24,000 nt of DNA, from NCBI RefSeq assembly GCF_001577775.1, contig NZ_CP010835.1, forward strand, positions 1,658,264 through 1,682,263. Direction: 5' to 3'. The stretch comes from Pyrococcus kukulkanii. GTDB taxonomy: Archaea; Methanobacteriota_B; Thermococci; Thermococcales; Thermococcaceae. Below, one piece after another: positions 1-10,576 of this stretch (its first letter is position 1; the number at the start of each line of letters is the position of its first letter). The notes under the pieces are model-generated. The model was given only the letters and a program-made list of their open reading frames with translations, was not told where the DNA came from and did no database searches. A program made the translations under genes and the position numbers.

Positions 1-332
1 GGATTACCGCAGCATCACTTGCATTGGCTGATGCTGGAATTCCAATGAGGGATTTGGTTGCAGCATGTGCTGCTGGAAAAATCGAAGGTCAAATAGTCCT
101 TGATTTGAATAAGGAGGAAGATAACTACGGAGAGGCGGATGTTCCCGTTGCGATAATGCCCCTTAAGAACGACATAACCCTTCTTCAGATGGATGGTTAT
201 CTAACTAAGGATGAGTTCATTGAGGCAGTTAAACTTGCGATAAAGGGAGCAAAGGCTGTTTACCAGAAGCAGAGAGAAGCCCTAAAGGAGAAATACGTTA
301 AGATAGCCCAGGAGGTTGAGGGAAGTGAGTGA
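1..332 (+). CDS. rrp41: Exosome complex exonuclease Rrp41, C-terminal part (5' end outside the window)
   Basis: The frame is open from the window edge (codon phase starts at nt 3). The track's M at 24 is an internal TTG. The translation [29 protein letters not shown]... reads like the C-terminal RNase PH domain of archaeal Rrp41. The stop at 330-332 overlaps the start region of the next exosome gene. Confidence 0.85.
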   Translation, partial: ITAASLALADAGIPMRDLVAACAAGKIEGQIVLDLNKEEDNYGEADVPVAIMPLKNDITLLQMDGYLTKDEFIEAVKLAIKGAKAVYQKQREALKEKYVKIAQEVEGSE

Positions 333-1155
333 TAATGAAATTATCGCTGGGATAATGAGGGATCATATCCTCAACTTATTAAAAGAAGGGAAGAGAATTG
401 ATGATAGGGGATTTGAAGATTACAGGCCAATTGAAATTGAAGTAGGATTAATTGAGAAGGCTGAAGGGTCAGCTCTAGTTAGGTTAGGTAGTACTCAGGT
501 CTTGGTAGGAATAAAGACTACGCTTGGGGAACCATTTCCAGATACCCCTAACATGGGGGTCATGACTACAAATGTTGAACTTGTTCCATTAGCCTCCCCA
601 ACTTTTGAGCCTGGACCCCCAGACGAGAGAGCTATAGAACTTGCAAGGGTTGTTGATAGAGGTATTAGAGAGAGTAGGGCCTTGAACTTAGAGAAAATGG
701 TTATAGTTCCAGGCAAGATAGTTCGCGTAGTCTTCATAGACGTTCATGTTCTTGACCACGACGGAAATTTAATGGATGCGATAGGTATTGCCGCAATAGC
801 TGCTTTAATGAATGCCAAGGTTCCAAAAGTTGAATATAATGAAGAAACCGGAGAAGTAAAGGTTCTTGAAGATAAGGAACCGTTGCCTGTGGAGAAAATA
901 CCTATCCCAGTAACCTTTGCAAAAATAGGAAGCGTTCTTGTAGTTGATCCAAACTTAGAGGAAGAACAGGTCATGGACGGTAAGTTGACAATAACCACTG
1001 ATGAAACTGGCCACATATCTGCCGTTCAGAAAAGTGAAGCAGGAGCCTTTAAGTTAGAGGAAGTTATGTATGCTGTTGAAACAGCCTTCAAGAAGGCTGA
1101 GTATATAAGGAAACTTGTTATTGAGGCTGTAGAGAAGGGACATGCGGTAGGGTAA
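325..1155 (+). CDS. rrp42: Exosome complex component Rrp42 (RNase PH-like, non-catalytic)
   Basis: This is a long ORF directly after rrp41 with RNase PH-type sequence ([36 protein letters not shown]). The track start 316 is a TTG lying inside the Shine-Dalgarno GGAGGT (311-316). The GTG at 325 (MSDNEIIAG...) sits 8 nt downstream of that SD and is the more likely start. Confidence 0.85.
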   Translation: MSDNEIIAGIMRDHILNLLKEGKRIDDRGFEDYRPIEIEVGLIEKAEGSALVRLGSTQVLVGIKTTLGEPFPDTPNMGVMTTNVELVPLASPTFEPGPPDERAIELARVVDRGIRESRALNLEKMVIVPGKIVRVVFIDVHVLDHDGNLMDAIGIAAIAALMNAKVPKVEYNEETGEVKVLEDKEPLPVEKIPIPVTFAKIGSVLVVDPNLEEEQVMDGKLTITTDETGHISAVQKSEAGAFKLEEVMYAVETAFKKAEYIRKLVIEAVEKGHAVG

Positions 1156-1166
1156 ATTTTATAAAC
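1154..1166 (+). promoter_or_regulatory. Candidate BRE/TATA promoter for the tRNA-Thr/tRNA-Pro pair
   Basis: AAATTTTATAAAC, with TATA TTTTATAA at 1157-1164, ends about 32 nt upstream of the mature tRNA 5' end at 1196. That spacing fits an archaeal TATA-to-TSS distance of about 25 nt plus a short 5' leader. Confidence 0.35.
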
Positions 1167-1195
1167 TAATCTTCTTCCCTTTATTTCGGCCCCAA

Positions 1196-1272
1196 GCCCC
1201 GGTAGCCTAGCCTGGTGGGGCGGGGGACTTGTAATCCCCAGGTCGCGGGTTCAAATCCCGCCCGGGGCTCCA
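1196..1272 (+). tRNA. tRNA-Thr (anticodon UGU), CCA encoded
   Basis: Hand-folded cloverleaf. Acceptor GCCCCGG (1196-1202) pairs with CCGGGGC (1262-1268). Anticodon arm is GGGGA-CTTGTAA-TCCCC, giving anticodon TGT. T arm is GCGGG-TTCAAAT-CCCGC. Discriminator T and CCA lie at 1269-1272. Confidence 0.9.
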
Positions 1273-1274
1273 GT

Positions 1275-1352
1275 GGGGCCGTAGGGTAGCTTGGTCCATC
1301 CTGCGGGCTTTGGGAGCCCGTGACCCGGGTTCAAATCCCGGCGGCCCCACCA
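1275..1352 (+). tRNA. tRNA-Pro (anticodon UGG), CCA encoded
   Basis: Acceptor GGGGCCG (1275-1281) pairs with CGGCCCC (1342-1348). Anticodon arm is CGGGC-TTTGGGA-GCCCG, giving anticodon TGG with G37. T arm is CCGGG-TTCAAAT-CCCGG. Discriminator A and CCA lie at 1349-1352. It starts only 2 nt after the preceding tRNA. Confidence 0.9.
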
Positions 1353-1416
1353 AATTTTTACAGTTTTGTAAAACTTTTTATAAGAATACCAATATTAAGT
1401 CTTCTGGTGGTGTGAA

Positions 1417-2037
1417 ATGTACTTTGAACACTTTCCCTCATTTGGTGGATACATATTTAGCATAATATTGTACTTCTCTCTCATTCCAGCGGCATTTCTG
1501 ATAACACTAAGGGCCAAGTGGGATTATATTATGAGAAAATATTGGAAAGATGTTGCACGTGGTTTTATCATAATGGTAATTATAACTCTCCCTATAACTG
1601 CATTGCTCCAGTTTAAGATAACAAATGATTATCTATATGTTTACTCCCTTACCAAGACAAAAACATGTCTAACGGCTGGTTGTTTAATAGAGAGTATGCA
1701 AGAGAATGAATATTACAAATTCAACGTAACTGCAATTAAAAAATTTGGAATGCCAAAAATAGGCCCCATGGTTGCGTTTAGACTTGCCGATAAAAAGTTC
1801 AACAAGCTCAAATTTAAGTATGATGTTGTTAATGCGGTTGTCATAACGAGGAGCCTCTTTCCCTTGCCTATAACTGAGGTGTGGAGCTATGAAGTTGATC
1901 CTAAGGATAACCACAAAATAATTGGATTAAGGAAGTTTTACGTGATTTATCCAGCCCATCCAGGTTCTGTCCTTTCGAAGGCATATGATTTTGAATTTAC
2001 AATGTTCCTCTGGGATATAGGGGGTGGTTTCGCTTAA
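1417..2037 (+). CDS. Hypothetical membrane protein (2 N-terminal TM helices plus a soluble domain), no family recognised
   Basis: A 206-aa ORF with hydrophobic segments GGYIFSIILYFSLIPAAFLITL and GFIIMVIITLPITALLQF. An upstream TATA-like AAACTTTTTATAAG (1371-1384) and an SD-like GGTGGTG (1406-1412) precede the ATG at 1417. The region is visibly AT-rich and sits between tRNA genes. Confidence 0.55.
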   Translation: MYFEHFPSFGGYIFSIILYFSLIPAAFLITLRAKWDYIMRKYWKDVARGFIIMVIITLPITALLQFKITNDYLYVYSLTKTKTCLTAGCLIESMQENEYYKFNVTAIKKFGMPKIGPMVAFRLADKKFNKLKFKYDVVNAVVITRSLFPLPITEVWSYEVDPKDNHKIIGLRKFYVIYPAHPGSVLSKAYDFEFTMFLWDIGGGFA

Positions 2038-2040
2038 CCG

Positions 2041-2056
2041 AAAACCTTATATATAC
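2041..2056 (+). promoter_or_regulatory. Candidate BRE/TATA promoter for tRNA-Thr(GGU)
   Basis: AAAACCTTATATATAC, with TATA TTATATAT at 2047-2054, ends 30 nt upstream of the tRNA 5' end at 2084. It is flanked by the short inverted repeat CCGAAAA (2038-2044) / TTTTCGG (2072-2078). Confidence 0.35.
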
Positions 2057-2083
2057 TCTTTATTCGAGCATTTTTCGGCGGGT

Positions 2084-2160
2084 GCCCCGGTGGCTCAGCC
2101 TGGTAGAGCGGCCGCTTGGTAAGCGGCAGGTCCCGGGTTCAAAGCCCGGCCGGGGCTCCA
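2084..2160 (+). tRNA. tRNA-Thr (anticodon GGU), CCA encoded
   Basis: Acceptor GCCCCGG (2084-2090) pairs with CCGGGGC (2150-2156). D arm is GCTC-AGCCTGGTA-GAGC. Anticodon arm is GCCGC-TTGGTAA-GCGGC, giving anticodon GGT. T arm is CCGGG-TTCAAAG-CCCGG. T plus CCA lie at 2157-2160. Confidence 0.9.
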
Positions 2161-2200
2161 CCTTCTAATAAGCTTTTCGCAATGGATATAAAATCTTAGT

Positions 2201-2213
2201 AAAGCTTATATAT
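2201..2213 (+). promoter_or_regulatory. Candidate BRE/TATA promoter of the rpoH-rpoB-rpoA operon
   Basis: AAAGCTTATATAT is a purine-rich BRE-like AAAG plus TATA CTTATATAT (2205-2213). The expected TSS is around 2235-2240. The same AAAGCTTATAT core occurs in the CRISPR leader on the minus strand. Confidence 0.45.
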
Positions 2214-2272
2214 CAGAACCTAAAGGCGGAGTGTGGATGACATTTGTAAAAACTTCTGGGGGGCAATTCTCC

Positions 2273-2521
2273 GTGGCGGGGAAGAAAGAATTTAACATAT
2301 TTGATCACGTGTTAGTGCCCGAACATAGAGTGCTCAGTGAGGAAGAGAAGAAGGCCCTATTTGAGAAGTACAAGATAACCCCTGCTCAGTTACCTCAAAT
2401 CAAGGCTAGTGATCCTGCCGTTAAAGCTCTTGGAGCGAAGCCTGGAGATGTTATTGAAATCAAGAGGAAGAGTCCGACGGCTGGGGTTTACTATTATTAT
2501 AGGATAGTGGTTGAAGATTAA
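2273..2521 (+). CDS. rpoH: DNA-directed RNA polymerase subunit H (Rpo5)
   Basis: The translation (V)[81 protein letters not shown] is typical RpoH/Rpb5 C-domain, and the gene sits directly upstream of rpoB. The in-frame GTG at 2273 gives 82 aa, the usual archaeal size. The track start (GTG at 2231) lies at or upstream of the predicted TSS. Confidence 0.85.
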   Translation: MAGKKEFNIFDHVLVPEHRVLSEEEKKALFEKYKITPAQLPQIKASDPAVKALGAKPGDVIEIKRKSPTAGVYYYYRIVVED

Positions 2522-2540
2522 AGCTTCTTGAGGTGAGAAT

Positions 2541-5500
2541 ATGAGAGGCCCGACGGTTGTAGAGGTTACTCCCGACGATCTTTGGATTGTTATGGAGAGC
2601 TACTGGCAGGAGAAAGGTCTTGTAAGGCAGCACCTCGATTCTTACAATGCCTTCATTGAGAGAGGTCTTCAGGAAGTTGTTAACGAGTTCGGTGGAATAA
2701 AGCCAGATATTCCAGATTTTGAGGTAAAATTTGGAAAGATCCGGGTTGGTCAGCCTGAGTTCCAGGAGCCACACGGTCAGAGAAAACCCCTATATCCAAT
2801 GGACGCCAGGATAAGAAACCTTACGTATTCTGCCCCGCTCTACCTCGAAATGATTCCAGTGATAAGGGGAATAGAGCAGGAGCCCGTTGAGGTCAGGATA
2901 GGTGAGCTTCCAATAATGCTCAAGTCTAAGGTCTGCAGGCTTTATGGCCTAAGCGACGAAGAGCTCATCAAGCTCGGTGAAGACCCCAAGGACCCTGGAG
3001 GTTACTTCATAATTAACGGTTCTGAGAGGGTTATAGTCTCTATTGAGGATATAGCTCCCAACAGGACACTCGTGGAGAGAGATGAGAGGCAGGAGAGGTA
3101 CGTAGCAAAGGTTTTCTCATACAGGCATGGTTATAGGGCGCTGATCACCGTAGAGAGGAAGAAGGATGGAATTCTATATGTTGGGATTCCAAACGTTCCT
3201 AAGCCGATAAAATTTGTCTACGTCATGAGAGCCCTTGGTCTTGAGAGGGATAAGGACATTGTCGATGCTGTGGGCAACGATCCCGAGGTTCAGCAGATTC
3301 TCTTCGACAACTTAGAGGATGCAAGTGACATAACAACCCAGCAGGAGGCCCTTGAGTACATAGGAAAGCTGGTTGCCCCAGGACAGGCTAGGGAGTACAG
3401 GCTGAAGAGGGCCGAATACGTAATAGACAACAACCTTCTACCTCACATGGGTGTAAACCCAGAGGATAGGATTAGGAAGGCCTACTACCTCGGAATGATG
3501 GCCCTTAAGGTTATCGAACTTTCCCTGGGCAGGAGAGATGAAGATGACAAGGATCACTACGCCAACAAGAGGCTCAGGCTTGCCGGTGACCTGCTCAAAG
3601 ATTTATTCAGGGTTGCATTCGGTCAGCTAGTTAAGGACATACAGTATCAGATGACGAAAACTTACCAGAGAAAAGGTGAGAAGTACACCTTTGGCAACAT
3701 CCACAGGTTCATAAGGAATTCTATTAGACCTGATGTTCTTACCGAGAGAATCGAGCACGCCTTAGCAACTGGTGCATGGCCGGGTGGAAGAACTGGTGTC
3801 AGCCAGCTCCTTGACAGAACAAATTATGTTTCGACCCTCTCCCACCTAAGAAGGGTTACCTCGCCCCTCGATAGGGAGCAACCACACTTCGAGGCTAGAG
3901 ATCTCCACGGAACTCACTGGGGTAGGATCTGTCCAACTGAAACGCCAGAAGGTCCAAACTGTGGTCTAGTTAAGAACTTGGCCTTAATGTCTCAGATCAC
4001 AACCGCGGTTCCCGAGGAAGAAGTTAGAGAGTACTTAATGTCCCTGGGCATAGTCCCAATAGAGGTTAGAAGGCCAAGCCCTGAGTTATGGAGAGTTTAC
4101 CTTAACGGTGTCCTTATAGGCACGGTTGAAGATGGAAAAGCCTTAGCCGAGAGGATTAGGGCCGATAGGAGAAGTGGAAAGATAAGTGACGTTATTAACG
4201 TTGCCTACTACGAAGATGTTAGGGAGGTCTACGTTAACAGCGATGATGGTAGGGTCAGGAGACCTCTCATAATCGTTGAAAACGGAAAGCCAAAGCTAAC
4301 CAAAGAGCACGTTCAGGCTGTAAAAGAGGGCAGGCTCAAGTGGAGTGACCTCATAAAGATTGGTGTAATTGAATACCTCGACGCTGAGGAAGAAGAGAAT
4401 GCTTACGTTGCAATGTGGCCCTGGGAAGTCACTAAAGAGCACACTCACCTTGAGCTAATGCCCGCTGCAATCCTGGGTCTGCCAGCTTCTCTAGTACCCT
4501 ATCCAGAGCACAACGCAGCTCCGAGAAACACTTATGGGGCCGGTATGGCAAAGCAGAGCCTTGGTCTTGGATGGGCCAACTTCAGGATCAGGGTCGATAC
4601 GAGAGGCCACCTCCTTCACTATCCCCAAATTCCGCTCGTTGATTCGAGGATAATGAAAGCAGTAGGTTACGAGGATAGACCAGCAGGTCAGAACTTTGTC
4701 GTTGCCGTCCTTGCCTACCAAGGTTACAACATGGAGGATGCCATTATCATAAACAAGGCCTCCATAGAGAGAGGCCTTGCTAGATCAACTTTCTTCAGAA
4801 CTTACGAAGCTGAGGAGAAGAAGTACCTTGGTGGTCAGACTGACAAGTTCGAGATACCAGCTCCGACAGTTAGGGGCTACAGGGGTGAGAAGTACTACAG
4901 GCACCTTGATGAGGACGGTCTCATATTCCCAGAGTCAAAGGTTGAGGGTAAAGACGTCTTAATTGGAAGGACTTCACCACCAAGATTCCTTGAGGAGAGG
5001 GGCCTTGGTAGTGTAGCTTTACAGGAGAGAAGGGAGACTAGTGTAGCTGTAAGACCAAGCGAGAAAGGTGTTGTTGACAAAGTTATAATCACGGAGACCG
5101 GAGATGGTACTAAGCTCGTAAAGGTCACCGTGAGAGACTTGAGGATTCCGGAGCTCGGTGACAAGTTCGCCTCAAGACACGGTCAGAAAGGTGTTATCGG
5201 GCTAATTGTCCCCCAGGAAGACATGCCTTGGACCGAGAGTGGAATAGTGCCAGATCTGATCGTTAACCCACACGGTATTCCATCAAGAATGACCGTCGGT
5301 CAGCTGATTGAGGCAATCGGTGGAAAGGTAGCCTCGCTCAAGGGAAGAAGGGTTGATGGGACGGCCTTCATTGGAGAGCCAGAGGAGAAGCTCAGGAAAG
5401 AGCTCGAGGAGCTCGGCTTCAAGCACACGGGCAGGGAGATAATGTACGATGGTATAACGGGGAGGAGGCTTGAGGCTGACATATTCGTGGGAGTTATCTA

Positions 5501-5894
5501 CTATCAGAGGCTCCACCACATGGTTGCAGACAAAATCCACGCGAGAAGCAGAGGTCCTGTGCAGGTTCTCACCAAGCAGCCAACAGAGGGTAGGGCTAGG
5601 GAAGGTGGTCTCAGATTCGGTGAGATGGAGCGTGACGTCCTCGTTGGCCACGGTGCGGCAATGCTACTGATAGAGAGGCTACTCGAGGAGAGCGATAAGA
5701 CTGAGGTGTGGGTCTGTGAGAACTGTGGACACATAGCGATAGAGGACAAGAGGAGGCACAAGGTCTATTGTCCGGTGTGCGGTGAGGAGGAGAGGATTAG
5801 TAAGGTTGAGATGAGCTATGCGTTCAAGCTGTTGTTGGATGAGCTAAAGGCCATGGTGATTAGGCCCAAGTTAAACCTCACGGAGAGGGTGTGA
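2541..5894 (+). CDS. rpoB: DNA-directed RNA polymerase subunit B (Rpo2), unsplit
   Basis: The 1117-aa ORF carries hallmark Rpb2 motifs ([35 protein letters not shown]) and a C-terminal Zn ribbon CENCGH...CPVCG. SD GAGGTGA (2530-2536) precedes the ATG. Confidence 0.97.
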   Translation: MRGPTVVEVTPDDLWIVMESYWQEKGLVRQHLDSYNAFIERGLQEVVNEFGGIKPDIPDFEVKFGKIRVGQPEFQEPHGQRKPLYPMDARIRNLTYSAPLYLEMIPVIRGIEQEPVEVRIGELPIMLKSKVCRLYGLSDEELIKLGEDPKDPGGYFIINGSERVIVSIEDIAPNRTLVERDERQERYVAKVFSYRHGYRALITVERKKDGILYVGIPNVPKPIKFVYVMRALGLERDKDIVDAVGNDPEVQQILFDNLEDASDITTQQEALEYIGKLVAPGQAREYRLKRAEYVIDNNLLPHMGVNPEDRIRKAYYLGMMALKVIELSLGRRDEDDKDHYANKRLRLAGDLLKDLFRVAFGQLVKDIQYQMTKTYQRKGEKYTFGNIHRFIRNSIRPDVLTERIEHALATGAWPGGRTGVSQLLDRTNYVSTLSHLRRVTSPLDREQPHFEARDLHGTHWGRICPTETPEGPNCGLVKNLALMSQITTAVPEEEVREYLMSLGIVPIEVRRPSPELWRVYLNGVLIGTVEDGKALAERIRADRRSGKISDVINVAYYEDVREVYVNSDDGRVRRPLIIVENGKPKLTKEHVQAVKEGRLKWSDLIKIGVIEYLDAEEEENAYVAMWPWEVTKEHTHLELMPAAILGLPASLVPYPEHNAAPRNTYGAGMAKQSLGLGWANFRIRVDTRGHLLHYPQIPLVDSRIMKAVGYEDRPAGQNFVVAVLAYQGYNMEDAIIINKASIERGLARSTFFRTYEAEEKKYLGGQTDKFEIPAPTVRGYRGEKYYRHLDEDGLIFPESKVEGKDVLIGRTSPPRFLEERGLGSVALQERRETSVAVRPSEKGVVDKVIITETGDGTKLVKVTVRDLRIPELGDKFASRHGQKGVIGLIVPQEDMPWTESGIVPDLIVNPHGIPSRMTVGQLIEAIGGKVASLKGRRVDGTAFIGEPEEKLRKELEELGFKHTGREIMYDGITGRRLEADIFVGVIYYQRLHHMVADKIHARSRGPVQVLTKQPTEGRAREGGLRFGEMERDVLVGHGAAMLLIERLLEESDKTEVWVCENCGHIAIEDKRRHKVYCPVCGEEERISKVEMSYAFKLLLDELKAMVIRPKLNLTERV

Positions 5895-5897
5895 GCC

Positions 5898-8621
5898 ATG
5901 CAGTCCGTTAAGAAGGTTATTGGTAGTATTGAGTTTGGCATCCTCTCACCCCAGGAAATCAGAAAGATGAGTGCGGTTGAGGTTACAGTCCCAGACACTT
6001 ACGACGATGATGGTTATCCCATTGAAGGCGGTGTAATGGACAAAAGAATGGGAGTTATTGACCCAGGGCTTAGATGTGAGACCTGTGGGGCAAGGGCTGG
6101 AGAGTGTCCTGGTCACTTCGGGCACATAGAGCTTGCCAGGCCCGTCATCCACGTTGGATTCGCAAAGACCATACACAGGATCCTCGAGAGCACATGTAGG
6201 GAATGTGGAAGGATAAAGCTTACCGATGAGGAAATTGAGGAGTACATGAAGAAGCTTGAGTTAGCTAAGAACAGGAGGAGTGAGGTAAACAAGATACTCA
6301 AGGAGATCCACAAGAAGGCAAAGGAGAGAATGGTCTGTCCGCACTGTGGTGCCCCTCAATTCCCCATTAAGTTTGAAAAGCCCACAATCTACTGGGAGAT
6401 AAGGAAGGACGAGCAGGGCAACGAGTACAAGCACAGGATGATGCCCACAGAGGTTAGAGACAGGCTTGAGAAGATTCCGGATAAGGATCTCCCACTCCTT
6501 GGTTTACATCCTGAGAAGTCAAGGCCCGAATGGATGGTTCTCACGGTTCTCCCAGTGCCCCCAGTTACCGTTAGACCCTCGATTACTCTAGAAACTGGTA
6601 TTAGGGCTGAAGATGATCTTACCCACAAGTTAGTGGATATCATTAGGATTAACAATAGACTCAAGCAGAACATCGAGGCTGGAGCTCCTCAGCTCATTAT
6701 CGAGGATCTTTGGGATCTCCTCCAGTACCACGTTACTACCTATATAAACAACGAAACCTCGGGAGTTCCCCCGGCAAAGCACAAGAGTGGAAGACCTCTC
6801 AAGACCCTCGCTCAGCGTCTCAAGGGTAAGGAAGGAAGATTTAGAGGCAACCTGAGTGGTAAGAGAGTTAACTTCTCAGCGAGAACAGTCATAAGCCCAG
6901 ATCCCATGATAAGCATCAATGAGGTCGGAGTTCCAATCCAAATAGCTATGGAACTCACAGTTCCCGAAAAAGTAACGGAGTTTAACATTGAAAAGCTTAG
7001 GAAGATGGTTCTCAACGGGCCGGATAAATATCCTGGGGCCAACTACGTTATCGATCCTGATGGGAAGAGGATTAGGATAATGGAGAGCAACAGGGAGTTC
7101 CTCGCTGAGAGGCTTGACATAGGCTGGACAGTGGAGAGGCACCTCCTTGATGGTGACATAGTGCTCTTCAACAGACAGCCCTCCCTTCACAGGATGAGCA
7201 TCATGGCCCACCGCGTTAGGGTAATGCCCTACAAGACGTTCAGGCTTAACTTGGCAGTTTGTCCACCTTACAACGCTGACTTCGATGGAGACGAGATGAA
7301 CCTTCACGTTCCTCAGACTGAGGAAGCCCAGGCCGAGGCTAGGATTTTGATGGAGGTCCAGAACCACATACTCTCGCCGAGATATGGAGGGCCAATCATA
7401 GGTGGAATTCAGGATCACATTTCAGGTGGATACCTACTGACCAGAGAGGGGGCATACTTCACGAGGGAAGAGGTTGAGCAGATGCTTATGTTTGCCGGTG
7501 TTGACATTAAGGAGCTCCCCGAGCCGGACAAATACGAGAACGGTAAGCCATTGTGGAGCGGAAAGACGATATTCTCCCTGTTGCTCCCAGATGACTTGAC
7601 GGTTTGGTACAGAAACAAGCTCTGCGATGAGCCTGAGAGGTGTGAAGCCTTAGAAAAGTTGATTGAAGAGAAATTAATGCCGGATCCCGAGGAAGTGAGA
7701 AAACTGGCTTACGATGGCTTTGTCTACATCCAGAACGGTAAGCTCCTTAGCGGTGCTATTGACAAGAAGGCCTACGGTAGAGAAGATGGAATAATCCTTG
7801 ACCTTATAGTGAGGGAGTACGGGGTTGAGAGGGCGAGGCAGTTCCTTGATCAGGTTACAAAGCTTGCAATATGGGTGATCACTCACAAGGGCTTCACAAC
7901 TGGAATTGATGACGAAGATCTTCCGGAGGAGGCCAGGGATAGGATAAGGGAGATAATTAGAGAAGCAGAGGAAAGAGTTCAGAAGCTGATCGAGGCTTAT
8001 GAGAGGGGAGAGCTCGAGCCTCTCCCAGGAAAGACTCTCGAAGAGACGTTAGAGAGCAAGATCATGGCAGTTCTCGCTGAGGCTAGAGATAATGCCGGTT
8101 CAATAGCCGAGAAATACCTTGGTATGGATAACCACACCGTTATCATGGCCAAGACTGGAGCGAGAGGTAAGATACTCAACATAACCCAGATGGCAGCTTT
8201 ACTCGGCCAGCAGTCAATTAGAGGTAAGAGACTGTACAGAGGGTTCAGGGGAAGAGTTCTAAGTCACTTCAAGCCTGGGGATCTTGGAGCTAGGGCGAGG
8301 GGATTCGTAGTTAACTCATACAAGAGTGGTCTTAGTCCCCAGGAGTACTTCTTCCACGCCATGGGTGGTAGAGAAGGTCTCGTCGATACGGCCGTAAGAA
8401 CCGCTCAGAGCGGTTACATGCAGAGGAGATTAATCAATGCACTCCAGGATCTCAAAGTCGACTACGATGGCACAGTTAGGGATCCAACGGGAGTAATAGT
8501 TCAGTTCAAGTACGGCGAAGATGGTGTTGATCCAATGAAGAGTTGGGGCGGAAAGACCGTTGATGTTGATAGGATAATTGTGAGAACCCTCTTGAAGGTT
8601 AGGGCAAATGGAAAGAGGTGA
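5898..8621 (+). CDS. rpoA1: DNA-directed RNA polymerase subunit A' (Rpo1N)
   Basis: The 907-aa ORF has N-terminal Zn motifs (CETCG...[10 protein letters not shown]) and the catalytic [10 protein letters not shown] motif. It starts 3 nt after the rpoB stop. Confidence 0.97.
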   Translation: MQSVKKVIGSIEFGILSPQEIRKMSAVEVTVPDTYDDDGYPIEGGVMDKRMGVIDPGLRCETCGARAGECPGHFGHIELARPVIHVGFAKTIHRILESTCRECGRIKLTDEEIEEYMKKLELAKNRRSEVNKILKEIHKKAKERMVCPHCGAPQFPIKFEKPTIYWEIRKDEQGNEYKHRMMPTEVRDRLEKIPDKDLPLLGLHPEKSRPEWMVLTVLPVPPVTVRPSITLETGIRAEDDLTHKLVDIIRINNRLKQNIEAGAPQLIIEDLWDLLQYHVTTYINNETSGVPPAKHKSGRPLKTLAQRLKGKEGRFRGNLSGKRVNFSARTVISPDPMISINEVGVPIQIAMELTVPEKVTEFNIEKLRKMVLNGPDKYPGANYVIDPDGKRIRIMESNREFLAERLDIGWTVERHLLDGDIVLFNRQPSLHRMSIMAHRVRVMPYKTFRLNLAVCPPYNADFDGDEMNLHVPQTEEAQAEARILMEVQNHILSPRYGGPIIGGIQDHISGGYLLTREGAYFTREEVEQMLMFAGVDIKELPEPDKYENGKPLWSGKTIFSLLLPDDLTVWYRNKLCDEPERCEALEKLIEEKLMPDPEEVRKLAYDGFVYIQNGKLLSGAIDKKAYGREDGIILDLIVREYGVERARQFLDQVTKLAIWVITHKGFTTGIDDEDLPEEARDRIREIIREAEERVQKLIEAYERGELEPLPGKTLEETLESKIMAVLAEARDNAGSIAEKYLGMDNHTVIMAKTGARGKILNITQMAALLGQQSIRGKRLYRGFRGRVLSHFKPGDLGARARGFVVNSYKSGLSPQEYFFHAMGGREGLVDTAVRTAQSGYMQRRLINALQDLKVDYDGTVRDPTGVIVQFKYGEDGVDPMKSWGGKTVDVDRIIVRTLLKVRANGKR

Positions 8622-8626
8622 TTGTT

Positions 8627-9817
8627 ATGGTTTCTTCCTCCACTATTAAATCTTTAGTTGAGAAGAAAGGTAAGGATCTTCCAGAGAGCGTTAAACAGGA
8701 ACTTTATGAGAAGCTTTTGAAGTACAATGAGAAGTACAAGCTCACAAAGGCGGAAGTTGAGATGATAATTGATGAGGTTGTGAAGGAGTACGAGAGGGCC
8801 TTAGTCGAGCCGGGTGAGGCTGTGGGCACGGTTGCCGCTCAGTCAATTGGAGAGCCTTCAACTCAGATGACTCTTAACACTTTCCACTATGCAGGTGTCG
8901 CCGAAATTAACGTTACCCTCGGTTTACCCAGGATAATTGAGATAGTTGATGCAAGGAAGAACCCTTCAACGCCAATGATGACCGTTTACCTTGACGAAGA
9001 GCACCGCTATGACAGGGCAAAAGCAGAGGAAGTCGCAAGGAGAATTGAGGGAACTACATTAGAGAACCTTGCAAGAAGCACTACTCTAGACCTCATTAAT
9101 ATGGAGTTTATAGTTGAAATAGACCCTGAGAGACTCGAGAAGAGTGGACTTACAATGGAGAAGATTCTAAAGAAGCTTCAGGGCTCATTTAAGAGTGCCG
9201 AATTTGAGGCAGATGGATATACGCTCATCGTTAGACCAAAGAAAGTTGAGAAGATCTCAGACCTTAGGAGGCTTGCCGAAAAGGTTAAAAAGCACCGTCT
9301 TAAGGGTCTCTCAGGCGTTGGAAAGACCATCGTGAGAAAAGAGGGCGATGAGTACGTGATTTATACAGAGGGTTCAAACTTTAAGCAGGTCCTTAAGGTC
9401 CCTGGAGTTGATCCTACGAGGACGAAAACAAACAACATCCACGAGATCGCTGAAGTGCTGGGCATTGAGGCTGCAAGGAATGCCATCATAGAGGAAATAA
9501 TAAACACGATGCGCGAGCAGGGTCTCGAAGTTGATATTAGGCACATCATGCTCGTTGCCGATATCATGACCTTAGATGGTGTTGTGAGGCCCATTGGTAG
9601 GCACGGTGTAGTTGGTGAAAAGGCAAGCGTCCTCGCAAGGGCGGCCTTCGAGATTACAACTCAGCACCTGTTTGAGGCCGCCGAGAGGGGAGAGGTTGAC
9701 AACCTCAACGGTGTAATTGAAAACGTCCTCATTGGGCAGCCCGTTCCAGTGGGAACGGGCATAGTTAAGTTGACAATGAGGCTACCATTAAGACCACAGA
9801 AGGAAGAGGAGGTGTGA
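8627..9817 (+). CDS. rpoA2: DNA-directed RNA polymerase subunit A'' (Rpo1C)
   Basis: Rpb1 C-terminal-type sequence ([29 protein letters not shown], trigger-loop region). The track start (GTG at 8618) lies inside SD AGAGGTGAT (8614-8622). The ATG at 8627 follows it by 4 nt and is more likely. Confidence 0.95.
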   Translation: MVSSSTIKSLVEKKGKDLPESVKQELYEKLLKYNEKYKLTKAEVEMIIDEVVKEYERALVEPGEAVGTVAAQSIGEPSTQMTLNTFHYAGVAEINVTLGLPRIIEIVDARKNPSTPMMTVYLDEEHRYDRAKAEEVARRIEGTTLENLARSTTLDLINMEFIVEIDPERLEKSGLTMEKILKKLQGSFKSAEFEADGYTLIVRPKKVEKISDLRRLAEKVKKHRLKGLSGVGKTIVRKEGDEYVIYTEGSNFKQVLKVPGVDPTRTKTNNIHEIAEVLGIEAARNAIIEEIINTMREQGLEVDIRHIMLVADIMTLDGVVRPIGRHGVVGEKASVLARAAFEITTQHLFEAAERGEVDNLNGVIENVLIGQPVPVGTGIVKLTMRLPLRPQKEEEV

Positions 9818-9820
9818 TGA

Positions 9821-10120
9821 ATGGATTTAGCGTTCGAGCTTAGGAAGGCTATGGAGACTGGTAAGGTTATTCTTGGTTCTAATGAAACAATAAGGCTTGC
9901 AAAGACGGGCGGTGCTAAGCTAATAATCGTCGCAAAGAATGCTCCTAAGGAGATCAAGGATGACATCTATTACTACGCAAAGCTCAGCGACATTCCTGTC
10001 TATGAGTTTGAGGGAACGAGCGTTGAGTTGGGAACCCTGCTTGGTAAGCCTTTCGTCGTAGCTTCACTTGCAATAGTTGACCCCGGCGAGAGCAAGATAC
10101 TAGCACTGGCAAAGAGGTGA
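9821..10120 (+). CDS. rpl30e: 50S ribosomal protein L30e
   Basis: The 99-aa translation [42 protein letters not shown]... is typical L30e/L7Ae-fold protein. Its position between rpoA2 and nusA is conserved in archaea. Confidence 0.93.
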   Translation: MDLAFELRKAMETGKVILGSNETIRLAKTGGAKLIIVAKNAPKEIKDDIYYYAKLSDIPVYEFEGTSVELGTLLGKPFVVASLAIVDPGESKILALAKR

Positions 10121-10128
10121 GATAGGAA

Positions 10129-10566
10129 ATGCCACTGAAGCTCAACACCGATCAGATAAAATATATAGCGCTCTTCGAGAGCTTTACAGGGGCTACTGTT
10201 CTTGACTGTCTTATTGACCAGGAGAGGAACAGGCTCATCTACGTCATCAAGAAGGGAGAGATGGGTTTAGCCTTAGGCAAGAGGGGAATGAACGTCAGGA
10301 GAATTGAGAGCCTTATAGGTAAGGAAATAGATCTCGTGGAGCACTCAGAGAATCCCGAGGAGTTCATAAAGAACATATACAAGACGATGGGCGTAAAGGT
10401 TAAAAGAGTTCACATAACTGAAAAGAGAGACGGCAAGAAGGTTGCTCTCCTTGACGTTAATCCAAGGGATAAGCCGAGGGCAATCGGTAGGGGTGGCCAT
10501 AACATTAATATTGTGAAGCAATTAATGGAGAGACACCACGGAATTGAAGATGTGATAATAATTTAG
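10129..10566 (+). CDS. nusA: Archaeal NusA homologue (two KH domains), transcription termination/antitermination factor
   Basis: The 145-aa ORF has two KH GXXG motifs (GKRGMN, GRGGHN). Its position between rpl30e and rps12 is conserved. SD GAGGTGA is upstream. Confidence 0.9.
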   Translation: MPLKLNTDQIKYIALFESFTGATVLDCLIDQERNRLIYVIKKGEMGLALGKRGMNVRRIESLIGKEIDLVEHSENPEEFIKNIYKTMGVKVKRVHITEKRDGKKVALLDVNPRDKPRAIGRGGHNINIVKQLMERHHGIEDVIII

Positions 10567-10576
10567 GGTGAGGCTC

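Noticed and set aside
1684-1914. 76-aa minus-strand ORF inside the 1417-2037 ORF
   Set aside because: It is a shorter antisense shadow of the membrane ORF in an AT-rich region, with no start context.
2460-2774. 104-aa minus-strand ORF spanning the rpoH/rpoB junction
   Set aside because: It is antisense to two well-supported genes, and its sequence is not protein-like.
6876-7418. 180-aa minus-strand ORF inside rpoA1, and similar antisense ORFs in rpoB/rpoA1/rpoA2 (e.g. 5283-5651, 5504-5761, 6389-6673, 9661-9966)
   Set aside because: They are entirely antisense to highly conserved RNAP coding sequence. Their composition is low-complexity and Ser/Leu/Pro-rich, typical of shadow ORFs, and they have no promoter or SD.
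2541-9817. Checked the RNAP large-subunit genes for inteins, a split rpoB or frameshifts
   Set aside because: The lengths (1117, 907 and ~396 aa) and uninterrupted conserved motifs fit intein-free genes and an unsplit rpoB, as expected for Thermococcales. Nothing is unusual.
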